64,000 nt of DNA from Eledone cirrhosa. Taxonomy: Eukaryota. Of the stretch, positions 42,866-55,789 are shown one piece after another. Under the pieces are notes generated by a model. It was not told the origin of the DNA. It worked only from the letters and a program-made list of their open reading frames with translations, and made no database searches. The stretch's first letter is position 1, and the number at the start of each line of letters is the position of its first letter. The stretch is taken from assembly GCA_964016885.1 (NCBI GenBank), contig OZ024763.1, positions 22,072,001 through 22,136,000 of the forward strand, in the 5' to 3' direction. Position numbers and translations under genes: made by a program.

Positions 42866-43644
42866 TAACATGTATTCTGGCTGGATATGGTCTGAGTTCA
42901 AATCCTTCTGAGGTGAACTTGGCATTTTTTGGTTGGGTGTAGGAGTGGGGGGTAGCACTTTTGTTAGGTCAATAAATAAAGGAACCAGTCCAGAAGTGTG
43001 AACTCCAGTAGGACTGTTAGAGTATTTGGGGCATGTAGAACAGACTGAAGAAAATATGAAGGCACATGGCTTAGTGGTTAGAGTGTTGGATTCGCAATCG
43101 TGAGATTGTGAGTTCAATTCTCGGACCGGGTGATGCGTTGTGTCCTTGAGCTAGACACTTTATTTATTTCACGTTTCTCCTTCAGCCAGGATTTGCGACC
43201 AGTAGATAGTGTCAGTAATGAAAACAGAGTTTCCTTGGCCCAATTTGATGAGGTCTACCCCACTTGGCAAGCGAATGAGGTCTGGGATCTTGTTGATTGA
43301 TCAGAGCAAGAATAGACTCATCCTACCTATGGACATATTAAGCAAATGGTTTCATCCAATCCTGTCTTTGTCCCTTTCTCGCTACCTCTCTCTCTACCTC
43401 TAACTCACTCTCTCTCTACCTCTAACTCACTCTCTCTCTACCTCTCTCTACCTCTCTCTACCTCTAACTCACTCACTCTCTACCTCTCTCTCTACCTCTC
43501 CCTCTGTAATAGCTATACACCCCATATATTTGGATAACTTGGGATAACTTATAAAATTAGAGTTACGGTCCATTTCAGCAAGAAGAGATATAATTCTTTC
43601 TCCCAGTTCTAAGTCAGAATTGTAATTTGCAAACCTTTTCCTGC

Positions 43645-44930
43645 TATTTTTTCACACTTATAACCACATACATACCACATACTTTTCACATGTATAACCA
43701 CATACATACCACATACTTTTCACATGTATAACCACATACATACCACATACTTTTCACACTTATAACCACATACATACCACATACTTTTCACACTTATAAC
43801 CACATATATACCTCATACTTTTCACACTTATAACCACATACATACCACATACTTTTCACACTTATAACCACATACATACCACATACTTTTCACATGTATA
43901 ACCACATACATACCACATACTTTTCACATGTATAACCACATACATACCACATACTTTTCACATGTATAACCACATACATACCACATATTTTTCACACTTA
44001 TAACCACATATATACCTCATACTTTTCACACTTATAACCACATACATACCACATACTTTTCACATGTATAACCACATACATACCACATACTTTTCACATG
44101 TATAACCACATACATACCACATACTTTTCACACTTATAACCACATATATACCTCATACTTTTCACACTTATAACCACATACATACCACATACTTTTCACA
44201 TTTATAACCACACACATACCACATACTTTTCACATTTATAACCACATACTTTTCACATTTATAACCACATACATATTACATAATTTTCTCACTTATAATC
44301 ACATATATATTACATAATTTTCACACTTATAAGCACAAATTAAATATTTCATACTTTTCACACTCATAACCACATACATACTACATAGTTTTCACACACA
44401 GATTTCACACTGATAACCACATACATATTACATAGTTTTCATACTTGTAGCCACATATTAGATATTGTATATTTTTCACACTTATAGCCACATACATACC
44501 ACATACTTTTCACACATACATATTATACAGATTTCACTTATAATCACATACATATTACATACTTTTGATACTCATAAGCACAAAACATGTAGTATTCCCA
44601 CTTATAACCACATACATACCACGTAGTTTTCATATTTATAACCACACACATTACATAGATTTCACATGTATAACCACACACATATTACATAAATTCCACA
44701 TTTATAACCACACACATACCGAATAGATTTCACATCTATAACCACACACATATTACATAGATTTCACATATACAACTACATACATAGTACATACTTTTCA
44801 CACATATAACCACATACATATTAAATACTTTTCACATATATAACCACGTGCATATCACATAGATTTCTCACATATAACCACATGCATATTACATACTTTT
44901 CACACATATAACCACACACATTTCACACAC
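43645..44930. repeat. 34-bp minisatellite with divergence gradient
   Basis: Unit ttttcacacttataaccacatacataccacatac; homogeneous to ~44230, diverged toward the exon at 44952. Confidence 0.92.
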
Positions 44931-44951
44931 TTTACTATTAAAATTACTTAC

Positions 44952-44999
44952 TTGAACTGATTTTTCTTGGTTTGATATTTTCAGTTTGTATTCATCAAT
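44952..44999 (-). CDS. EPS15L1: EPS15/EPS15L1-like small exon, coiled coil
   Basis: tttcag|IDEYKLKISNQEKSVQ|gtaagt; 48 nt, phase 0-0; matches the expected position of EPS15L1 LKTQIQSQESDLK. Confidence 0.85.
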
Positions 45000-46003
45000 C
45001 TGAAATTACATTATAGTAAGAGGGAAAAAAACATATAATATATGCTAGGGAATGTGTTGCAGGTGGCAGATAGCAATGTGGCCACCAGATAAGATGGCTA
45101 GTTGTGATATAAGCGAGCACTTGCCAGATGAATAAGGATCTCCGGACCAACAGAGGTAAACTACTAGAGATGGAGCAATGGATTACATCTTTAGCTCCCA
45201 AGAAAACTCTCACAACCCAATGGTAAAGCTATGACGAGGTGAGTAAAGGCCGCCTCTAAAAATGCCTAGCTTTCGTAGATCTGAGAAAAGTACCAGACCC
45301 AAGGGTAGACCCCATCCCCAAGCAAGATGGTTGGATAACATCCATGAGCTCAGCAGGTCTCACTTGGGGATCCAACCAGATCAATTGGAGACAGTTGTTT
45401 CTGACAGGACCTTCTGGAAGGCATGTTTGAGGATTCTGCCCCCACAACCCTCCCAAGATTAAGTGGGCAAAGAAGAAGATTTTAGTTTAAATAGAAACCC
45501 TTTAAAATTAGACTTCATGGAACCAAGGGCAGTTAACAACAGATGGGTATCAAAAGGGGTAACAAATGTGTTAAAATTGAAAATAAAAATAAAATCTATA
45601 TTTTTCTGTATGTATGTATGGTCCCATAACTCCTGATAAAGTCATAGGGGTGTTGTATTGACATACAGCGTTTCTTCGTCATTTTGAGCCAGGTGGAGCC
45701 CATCCTTCTCCAGGCCTGAGTACAGCAGATTTCTTCCAGAGAAAGATAGAAAGTGAGAGAGAGAGGAAATGAGAAAGAGATATAGAGGAAGAATCAACCC
45801 CAATACTAGATTGGTACTTTTTTATCGACCTCGAAAGGATGAAAGACAAAGTTGACCTCAGCAGGATTTAAACTCGGAGAGCCGAGAGCCGAAATGAATG
45901 CTACAAAGCATTCTATCCGATGTTCTAGCAACTCTGCCAATTCACCACCTATCAATTTCTCTATACAGGAATGTAAAAACACAAAAAATGAAACACTACT
46001 TAC

Positions 46004-46066
46004 TTGTCGCTGTTCATCATCACATTTATCCTTCATTTCCTTTACACTACTTTCTAAATTGGACCG
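46004..46066 (-). CDS. EPS15L1: EPS15/EPS15L1-like exon, coiled coil
   Basis: tttccag|RSNLESSVKEMKDKCDDEQRQ|gtaagt; 63 nt, phase 0-0. Confidence 0.88.
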
Positions 46067-46516
46067 CTGGAAAGGGAGCAAAAGGGGTATAAAATATAAG
46101 GGTTACAACAACATTTATCTCCTTTCACGTCATCATTATCATCGTTATTTTTTTTTTCGCCCAAGGGCATCCTGCAGTAGAAACCAAGCCAAAACAAAGC
46201 ATACAAGCAGGAGGACCTAGTTGCCCGACTGGTCTGGCTTCAGCACATGGCAATCCATGAAACCCATGGAAGCATAGAAAATAGACATTAAAAAGAGAGT
46301 AAAGAAGAAGAGAAAAAGAAAGAAAGAAAGAAAAAAGGAGCAAGAAAAAAATAGAGGGTAAGAAAGAAGAGAAAAAAGAAAAAGAGGGTAGGGAAAAAGA
46401 CAAGAAAAAGTGAGAAAAGGGGAGAGTAAGGAAGAAAATAAAACAGAGAATAAAAAAGGAAAAAAAGAGAGAGAGTACGAAAGAAGAAGTAGAAGTGTTG
46501 TGAGAGAGTTGTCTAC

Positions 46517-46688
46517 CTTGTCGTCAAGCTCATCAAGACGTTTTTGTGCTTCCCGTTTCTGGTTCTCTAGCTGGTGCAGAGTAGCTGTGATGGCATCAAG
46601 ATCTTTCTGCAAAACTTGCATTTCTCCATTTTTGATCTTGATGTCAGCATCTCGTTGGGACTTCTCCTTCTCCAATAGAAGCTTCTCT
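46517..46688 (-). CDS. EPS15L1: EPS15/EPS15L1-like exon, coiled coil
   Basis: tatctag|A GAG AAG...GAC AAG|gtagac; EKLLLEKEKSQRDADIKIKNGEMQVLQKDLDAITATLHQLENQKREAQKRLDELDDK; 172 nt, phase 2 to 0. Confidence 0.92.
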
Positions 46689-47725
46689 CTAGATATACAA
46701 AGGAAGAGGAGATACATTAGATTGCTGCAGTTGTAAAGATGAAGGGGATCAGGAAGGCTCTGGGGTTAGGAGGAGGGTGCTGGAGTCAGGAGGGCTCTGG
46801 GGTTTGAGGGTTATGGGGTTGAGAGGGCTATAGGGTTGGGACTGCTCCTTCTCCAATAGAAGCTTCTCTGTAGATATACAAAGGAAGAGGAGATACATTA
46901 GATTGCTGCAGTTGTAAAGATGAAGGGGATCAGGAAGGCTCTGGGGTTAGGAGGAGGGTGTTGGAGTCAGGAGGGCTCTGGGGTTGGGAGGGTTATGGGG
47001 TTGAGAGGGCTATAGGGTTGAGAGGGCTATAGGGTTGAGAGGGCTATAGGGTTGGGACTGCTCCTTCTCCAATAGAAGCTTCTCTCTAGATACAGTGGAA
47101 GAGGAAGAGGGAGAAGAGGAAATACATTAGATTGTTGCAGTTGTAAAGCTTTAGGGGTGATGATGGTGATGCTGTTGACAATGACAATGGTGATGATGGT
47201 GGTGATGATGGTGGTGGTGATGGTGATAATGATGATTGTAATGATGGTAATGTTCACAACGATGATGGCAATGATGATGATGGTGATGCTGTTGACAATG
47301 ACAATGGTGATGATGGTGGTGATGATGATGGTGGTGGTGATGATGGTGATAATGATGATTGTAATGATGGTAATGTTCACAATGATGATGGCAATGATGA
47401 TGATGATGTTGACAATGTCGATGGTGATGATGGTGGTGATGATGATGGTGGTGGTGATGATGGTGATGTTGATAATGACAATGGCAATTGGCATGATGGT
47501 GATAATGATGATTATGATGATGATGATGATGATGATGACAATGACAGAGATGATGACGATGATGACAGTGATGATGATGCTGAATGTAATGATGATGATG
47601 GCAATGATAACAGTGATGTCAATGGCGATGAAGGTGGTGATGAAAGCCATTTGAAAAGATTTACCTACTGTTTGTTTGTCATAGTCAGTACTTAACAACA
47701 ATGCACTAGTAAGAATGGTACCTAC

Positions 47726-47820
47726 TTCTTCATGTCGTCAATATCTTTGGTAATCGTATCAAGCTCCTTAATGACGGAGAAGTCGGCTACATGACTGTAT
47801 GGGCCAGAATTAGTACCGTC
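47726..47820 (-). CDS. EPS15L1: EPS15/EPS15L1-like, first exon in window (start of coiled coil)
   Basis: ttttgccag|GAC...AAGAA|gtaggt; DGTNSGPYSHVADFSVIKELDTITKDIDDMK resembles EPS15 DFSAIKELD; 95 nt, phase 0 to 2, joins next exon in frame. Confidence 0.9.
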
Positions 47821-47874
47821 CTGGCAAAAGAGAGGAAGAGATGTTGAAAAAATTAAATTCAAATATTTATATAT

Positions 47875-48050
47875 ATCATTATCATCATTATTATCATTTT
47901 ACGTCCGCTTTTCCCTGCTTGCAAGGGTGGGACAGGTCCTATTCAGCATCTCTCCACTTGTCACGGTCCTTCGTCATCTCCTCCATGAGCTTCAGCGATC
48001 TGAGGTCTGCCCTCACACCACCTCCACCCATGTTTTTCGTGGTCTTCCTC
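47875..48050 (-). mobile_element. Degraded RTE family B 3' fragment
   Basis: Reverse complement of family B 3' end and tail. Confidence 0.82.
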
Positions 48051-48079
48051 TACTGTATGTATGTATATATATATATATA

Positions 48080-48655
48080 TAGGGTGGTCGCTGGGAAAGC
48101 GGAAAATTTGAAGGTCAGATTAGATCATCAATAAAATCCGTGATTGATGGCTTTTGATTGGTTCTTTTGTTGTCGAATGGGTGTGCAATCACAAAAAGCA
48201 TTGATTTCATTATGTCTTGCTTATTCATTTCTTTCATTTCAATTTTGGTACCCACATCATGGAAGGAAGCAGCAGGAGGAAACCGCTTTCAGACTTTCAA
48301 AGTCAGGTGATTGTTCTGTTCAAAACTGAAAATCCGACTTGGGGACTGACAAAATGTTTAATCATGTTACCGAATTTTTTTTCAATGATCACAAGACATC
48401 AGTTTGATAATGTTGTTGCAATTTTGAAACAAGAAGGGCATGAAACAGCTAGTTCTCGCCGACAATGGACGGGTCCAAAGAAACAAATTTCAGACGAAAC
48501 ACGTGACACAGTAAAAGATTTAGCTCTTGCACCTGTGCGACGCGGTACAACGGAGAGATGTCATTTAAGTCAACGAGAAATCGCTCAACATCTCAATATT
48601 TTGAAAACATAAATCGCAGTTTGACAAATTTTCCTCTTTTCTAGCGACCACCCTG
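48080..48655 (+). mobile_element. Internally deleted Tc1/mariner-type DNA transposon
   Basis: ~30-bp TIRs agggtggtcgct.gaaag.ggaaaatttg / caaattttcctcttttctagcgaccaccctg, TA flanks, HTH remnant LSQREIAQHLNI. Confidence 0.8.
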
Positions 48656-48800
48656 TATATATATATGTGTTAAGGTGCAAGTTAATTGCATCTGTAGGCG
48701 GTAAGCCGGGTGAGCACTTGATGCTCTTGGGAAGCAGAGTATCAATAGTATTAATATATAAAGGAACAAAGAATCACTGTTGTAATATATACATATTATT

Positions 48801-48892
48801 ATATATTACATATGTTTCACTGTCTATCAGCTCGAGGAACGATCTATTAATGATCGAACCTGACTCTGGAATCGGAAGCTCCTCAGATATGT
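48801..48892 (-). ncRNA. Type I hammerhead ribozyme motif, extended stem II family
   Basis: ACATAT-CTGAGGA-GCTTCCGATTCCAGAGTCAGGTTCGATC...CTCGAGCTGATAGACAGT-GAAAC ATAT GTA-ATATAT. Confidence 0.7.
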
Positions 48893-49270
48893 TTTAATAT
48901 GCAGGCTCACGTCTGAGATTGTATGAATATTTACCGAATCGTTCCTCGAGCTGATCGACAGTGAAACATATGTAATAAATATGTATATGATGCAACATTG
49001 ATTCTTTGTTCTTTATATATTAATACTATATATAGTGATATATAGATATAAATGTATGTATGAATATATATACAGTGTAAATATCGATATATATAAAAAA
49101 CATAACAACCTGTTGACCAACAACCCCTCAATGCATATGAAGCGCTAAAAAAAAAACCAAGGTGAGAGCACTTACATAGATATTGTTATAGGTACAACAA
49201 TTTTAATATCTTGCATTAAAAACATATTCTCAACTGGAACAATGAAATTCTACTTACATTATATTAAGAA

Positions 49271-50744
49271 TTGGAGAGGAGCAATTATAGGGGTATAAAA
49301 CTGATAGATCAGGTTATGAAAGTGGCAGAAAGGATTTTAGCACAACTAATTAGTCAAACTAGATGAGATGCAGTTTGGTTTTGTGCCTGGGAAGAGTACA
49401 ACAGATACCCTCTTCTTGGTGAGACAATTGCAAGAGAGGTTCTTAGAGAAAAATAAGCCACTATACTTAGCCTATGTTGACCTAGAGAAGGCTTTTGATA
49501 GGGTACTCTGATCTGTCATCTGGTGGTCCCTAAGGAAGCTAGGTGTTGAGGAATGGCTTGTGAGGACAGTGCAAACTTTGTACAGAGGTACTCTCAATAA
49601 AGTCAGGGTAGGAATGGAGTTTAGTGAGGAATTCCAGATACAAGTAGGAGTACATCAAGGTTCGGTCCTCAGCCCGATCTTGTTCATTATAGTCCTCCAA
49701 GCCATAACAGAGGAGTTTAAGACTGGCTGTCCATGGGAACTTCTCTATGCTGACGATCTGGTTCGTATAGCAGAATCAGTAGAGGAGCTAGAGAATAAAT
49801 TCTGGCTATGGAAACAGCAGTTGGAAGCAAGAGGACTGAGAGTGAACCTAGCTAAGACAAAAGTGTTGATGAGTAGAAAAGAGGACAAAACTCTGATTCC
49901 GTCAGGGAAATGGCCATGTTCGATATGCAGAAAAGGAACTGGCATAAATTCTATAAAATGCACACGATGCAGATCCAGAGTACACAAGAGATGTAGTGGG
50001 ATAGCAGGCAAACTAACAGGTAGGGAGAAATATGTATGCAGTAGATGTACAGGGAAATTAGACAGTAGAAGTCGCATTGATAGACACATTTTTCAAATGC
50101 AGGAGGGCGCTATAGAAGTGGTTGATAGCTTCCGGTACCTAGGAGATCAGATTAGCATGGGAGGAGGGTGTTCCGAGGCCATAGTATCTAGAATAAGGAC
50201 GGGTTGGAAGAAGTTTAGGGAGCTGCTTCCTCTGTTGACGAAGAAGGGTTTCTCCCTGCATACGAAAGGCCGGTTGTATGATGCCTGTGTGAGGAGCGCG
50301 ATGCTGCATGGTAGTGAGACATGGGCAGCAACTGCAGAGCATATGCGACGGCTGGAGAGAAATGAGGCAAGCATGCTCCGTTGGATGTGCAGTGTAAATG
50401 TGTGTGAACGACCCAGCATAAATGTGTTGAGAGAGAAACTGTGTCTGATAGGAATAGAATGTAGTGTACGGGAGAGGAGACTGAGGTGGTATGGACATGT
50501 GATGCGCATGGAGGATGACCGATGGGTGAAGAAGTGCCAGGAAATGCCAGTTGAAGGAAGACGTGGTAGAGGTAGACCACGAAAAACATGGGCGGAGGTG
50601 GTGAGAACAGACCTCAGATCATTGAAGCTCACGGTGGAGATGACGAAGGACCGTGACGAGTGGAGAGATGCTGTGCTGAATAAGACCCATCCCACCCTTG
50701 CAAGCAGGGAAAGGCGGACGTAAAATGATGATGATGATGATGAT
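49271..50744 (+). mobile_element. RTE-clade LINE (family B), 5'-truncated RT and C-terminus
   Basis: GVHQGSVLSP, LLYADDLV, RLRWYGHVMRM, GRGRPRKTW; stop then (ATG)n tail. Confidence 0.95.
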
Positions 50745-50808
50745 ATATATATATATAAAAGGTAAACAGAAATAACAACAAAATCGGTACAGTAGGTTAA
50801 CACTTGAT

Positions 50809-51006
50809 ATAGCAGTCACTAAAAAGTTCATAGGCTGTCTATGAAGATGTGATGCTAGAGCTGTGAAATCTTGCATGCATTAATTTCAACTCTTTTTATT
50901 AATAACTGCATTGTTTCTTTCCAGGGACTATGTTGTAAAAAATAAACCTCGTTTGGTCATTCCATGAGAGTATCTTGGTCAGCCTATGAACTTTTTAACT
51001 GACCTA
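50809..51006. mobile_element. Mariner-like MITE
   Basis: TIR aaaaagttcataggctg / cagcctatgaacttttt with TA flanks. Confidence 0.65.
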
Positions 51007-51008
51007 TG

Positions 51009-51040
<32 letters not shown>

Positions 51041-51410
51041 AGGTGTAGGTAAAAAAGTTATATCAACTCAAAATACAATAATTCATTATAACAAACTGTA
51101 CACACAGCTACATATAATTTTTTTTTTTTATGCACTCCTATTGTGTTAGATTATTAACACACGTAGAGCAAGTTATTTGAACCCAAACAGAGAATAGGAG
51201 ATTGAAGATAGAATAATAGAAAATAGAGGGCCAATTCTATTCAGGGACCGCCTGCTATTTCATGTTATATCATAGCACAAATTAGCAGAAATTGTTTGCT
51301 AAAACTTTTTGATTAATTGACTGAATCAATCAACAAGATCCGAGACATCATTCACTTATTAAGTGGGGTGGAAGTTATCAAATTGGACCAAGGAAACAAT
51401 GTGTGCATTG

Positions 51411-51507
51411 AGACGTATCTGAGGATCTTGCGATTTCAGAGTCAGGTTCGATCATTGCATCGATCGTGCCTCGAGCTGGTCGCCAGAGAAACGGTTGTAA
51501 TATGTCT
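51411..51507 (+). ncRNA. Type I hammerhead ribozyme motif, extended stem II family
   Basis: AGACGTAT-CTGAGGA-TCTTGCGA...TCGCCAGA-GAAAC GGTT GTA-ATATGTCT. Confidence 0.78.
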
Positions 51508-51659
51508 AATAAATTTTATTCGTCACACCACTCATTCTCCATTTCTTATGTGATATATTGATCACCTTGACCGACCAGTCTGTCGGGTGCCGTTCGGCGC
51601 CGCTGGTCACAGCACGTGCTGTTTTAGCTATACGATGACGCCATCCCACTGGCAGGGCG

Positions 51660-51715
<56 letters not shown>

Positions 51716-51780
51716 CATACATATATAGTCCTCTCTGGATTTTGGCCTTTATATATACATATATACATATATATATACAT

Positions 51781-54700
51781 ATCATCATCATCATCATCAT
51801 CATCGTTTAACGTCCATCTTCCACGCTTGCATGGGTTTGGACAGGAGTTTTCCCACTTGAGGCAAGAGTGGTTGTCTTGCTCGCATAGGGCTGTCTGGCG
51901 GGTTTTCTACGGCTGGATGCCCTTCCTAACACCAACCACATTTACAGTGTGGGCTGGGAGGTTTTTACCGTGTTGCCTACACGGCCACATTACAGCGTGG
52001 ACTGTGTGTTTTTTTGTCGTGACACCTACACGATCTCATTTGTTTCGGCCTGGATGTTGTGGCACCAACATAACTTTACATTGAAAGGGGCGGTGTGGAT
52101 GGGGGGGGGGGGGGGTATTTTGTTAGAGATGCCTACTGACTGTAGTAGGTTTTACTTTGTATTTAGGTAAGGTGGGTCTTCTACTGAGTACCGCCAAAGA
52201 TCTCGGTCCAGTGACATTGTCTTGGAGAGGTGTAAGTGTGTGAGGTCGGAGTTTATCAGCTCGTCCCAGGTTTTTCTGGGTCTGCCTATTCCGTGGCTAC
52301 CGTCTATCTTTATTGCCCTGCACTTTTTTATACAGCTGTCGTCTTTCATGCGCATCACGTGACCATACCAACGTAGCCTTCTCTCGAGTAAACAACATCT
52401 GATCCCTCTTATTTCTAATTTTTCCCTTAGTTCGTTTATGCTTTGCCATTCGCGTATATTACTATTACACATCCAGCGGAGCATGCAAGCTTCGTTCCTC
52501 TCTAGTCTGCGTATATCCTCTGCACACAATGCCCAGGTCTCACTGCCATGCAACATTGCTGTTCGTATGCAGGCATCATACAGCCTGCCTTTCATTTTTA
52601 GGGAGAACCCTTTAGCGGCTAATAGTGGTATAAGCTCTCTGAACTTTTTCCATCCAGTTCTGACTCTAGCTACTGTACTTTCAGAGCACCCTCCCCACTG
52701 CTGATTTTGTCACCCAGGTAACGGAAGCTGTCCACTATTTCTATAGAACCCTCTGCGCAATTGAAACAGCTAGTATTTTGTGGGCACTTGCTGCTACTTA
52801 TTGCACCAGAGCACCGGCCACATGTAAAATCTATGTTCTTAGTTAGCTTACCTGTGATCCCACTACATCTTTTATGTACCCATACTTTGCATTTGGGACA
52901 TAAAATGGAGTTTCTACCTACGCCTTTCCTACACACTGAGCATGGCCATTTCCCGGAAGGGACCGGCGCCTTATTTTCTTTGCTACAAACTAGAACTTTA
53001 GTCTTAGCCAGGTTAATTTTAAGGCCTTTTGATTCTAGGCCGTGCTTCCATGTTTGGAATTTCTTCTCTAGCTCGGCCATTGATTCAGCTATGAGCGTTA
53101 GATCATCTGCGTATAGGGGTTCCCATGGGCAGCCGGTCTTGAACTCCACTGTTATAGCCTGAAGGGCAATAATAAATAGTAGGGGGCTAAGAACAGAGCC
53201 CTGATGAACACCAACTTTTACGCTAAACTCTTCACTATATTCGTTGTTAATTCTAACCTTGCTGACTGTTTCTTTATACATGGCTTGTATAGCTCTCACA
53301 AGTGATTCATCAACACCTAGTCTTCTAAGAGCCCACCAGATAATGGAGCGGGGGACTCTGTCGAAGGCTTTCTCCAGGTCGACAAAAGCTAAGTAGAGGG
53401 GTTTACTTTTAGCTAGATACTTCTCCTGTAGTTGTCGTACAATGAAAAGAGCGTCTGTGGTACTTTTCCCTGACACAAACCCGAACTGCATTTCATCTAG
53501 ATCAATTCTCTCTCTGATTAGTTGCGCTATTACTTTTTCCGTGACCTTCATGACCTGGTCAATTAATTTAATGCCTCTATAGTTACTCCTATCTAGGGCG
53601 TCTCCTTTACTCTTGTAGCAGTTAATGATGATGCTGCTACGCCAGTCCTTCGGAACAACCCCATTCTGTATGACTTGGTTTACTATCCGGGTGACCATGG
53701 TGTGTGCCACCGTTCCAGAGGCCTTCAGCATCTCAGCAACTATTTCCGAAGGCCCAGCCGCCTTACCCGTCTTCATATCTTTGATTGCCTAACTTATTAT
53801 ACTACCTTCGACTAACACTGCTGGTCCCTCTATTGGATCGATGTGGGGGAGACTGTCTTTCTCCCATTTATTCTCCTCATTTACTAGCCTTTCGTAGTGA
53901 CACTTCCAAGCTACCTTCTTATCAGCGTCGGTGATGGCAAGTACACCATCATCATTAAGTACACACTTCTCCCCAACAATATCACGGTTTTCCTTGACAC
54001 ATTGCCTAGCAATCCTGAACACCTCACGTTTTTGGTCCTCGCGTTGTAGAACATGCTTGAACTTTCTTTCCTCTGCTTCCCTTCTTGCGAAGTACACTTG
54101 TCTCCTAGCTTCCCTCCTGGCCACTTGATAGTCTTCTCTACTTCCCCCATCCCGCCATACTTTCCAAGCCTGCTTTTTGGCCTTAATTGACTCCTCCACC
54201 TTACTGTTCCACCACCATGTTACTCTCCTCCTGCCTACAGGCCTGCTCCAGCCACAGACTTCGTCTGCCACCATCAGCAAGTTTGCTTTCAGGAATTCCC
54301 ACTGTTCCTCTATATTGTACGACTCTAATTGCTCTTCCTTACTGTCGAAAGCATCAAGTAATATGCTTTGAAATTTATTTCTGGCTGTGGGGTCCTTTAG
54401 CTTCCATATTTTTCTCCTAAGGATAGTCCTCTTCTGCTGTCTAGTACGTCTCGTCCTGACTATGAGGTCGCTAATTATCAGTCTATGTTGGGAGGTACAT
54501 TCTTCATGGGGAGGGATTTAGTGTTTACAACAGACACTCTGTCACATCTTCTGGTAAGGATATAATCTACCTGGCTGGTATGTTCCCCTGATCTGTAGGT
54601 GATCAAGTGATTGTCTCATTTTTTGAAGTTAGTGTTACAGATAGTTAGGTTATTTGCGTCACAGAATTCCAGGATTCTGGAGCCTTCCTCGTTTCTAGTA

Positions 54701-55084
54701 CCAAACCCATAGCCTCTGTGGATTCCATCATAGCCGTCACAATGTTGTCCAACGTGGCCATTTAGGTCGCCAGCAATAATTATATAGTCACTGTCGGTTA
54801 TTTGGGAGGTAGTGAGCATCAGTGTCTCATAGAATCTGTCTTTTATAGCGCCAGGCAGTCCGGATTGGGGCGCGTATGCAGATATTACTGTCACAGTAGT
54901 TCTATTTAGAACAAGTCTTATTTTAATTATTCTGTCATTTACTCTATTTACATCTATTATCTTATCCACCCATTTTTCTGCTAACATGATTCCTACCCCA
55001 CCTATCCCATTGTCATTTCCCACCCAGAAAAGCTTATAGCAACGTTTTTTACCCACAATGAATCTAGCAGACCCGCCCCTCCAC

Positions 55085-55086
<2 letters not shown>
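51781..55086 (-). mobile_element. RTE-clade LINE (family A), 5'-truncated, frameshifted
   Basis: APE (VISAYAPQ, IAGDLNGHVG, NLTICNTNF), RT (LAFVDLEKAFDRV, GVHQGSVLSP, YADD), RLRWYGHVMRM C-terminus split over ORFs 54616-55086, 53789-54280, 52670-53776, 52152-52595; 3' UTR ending in (ATG)n tail. Confidence 0.95.
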
Positions 55087-55130
<44 letters not shown>

Positions 55131-55789
55131 AGTCAATTCATTTCCACTCCACATAAAAAGCCTATGTGCACACACACACACACACACAGACACATATACA
55201 CACAGACACAGTGATGTTATGTAAATGTTTAGGGAAAGTTTTTCCTTAACTCATTCGAGAGAGGATGAGTGTAACAAAAAGTGATGATGCAATACACAGA
55301 ACCAATGACATCACACATCACAGGTCTCCACGACAACAGGCATCAGAGGCCATATTTCAGTGAAGAAAAGATGCCTGTAACACAAAGTGATGATGTAAAA
55401 CACACACACACACAGAACCAATGACATCACACATCACAGGTCTCCACGACAACAACAGGCATCGGAAATAAAATAGACCTAAAAGAGACCAGTGAATGGT
55501 GGAGACACAAGATGTCAGATGAAAGGAGTCAGATAATGGAGAGAAACTAAGAAAGAGAAGAAAGAAAGGAAGTAGGAAAGAAAGTAGGAAACAAGGAAAG
55601 AAAGAAAGTAGGAAACAAGGAAAGAGAGAAAGTAGGAAACAAGGAAAGAGAGAAAGTAGGAAACAAGGAAAGAGAGAAAGAAAGAAAAAAGAAAAGAAAG
55701 AAAGAAAGAAAAAGGAAGGAAAGAAAGAAAGAAAAGGGAAAGAAAGAAAGGGGAAAGAAAGAAAGAAAGAAAAGGGAAAGAAAGAAAAG

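Noticed and set aside
43061-43140. tRNA gene
   Set aside because: A/B boxes present but acceptor stem incomplete and it continues into SINE body
43645-44930. Regular 34-bp array (and the 30-bp array at 5190-5900) as possible CRISPR
   Set aside because: Head-to-tail units with no unique spacers, no cas genes, eukaryotic context
49176-49233. Possible extra minus-strand EPS15 exon (ttccag...gtaagt)
   Set aside because: Only open frame ends in phase 2, incompatible with the phase-0 exon at 47820, and has no EH-domain similarity
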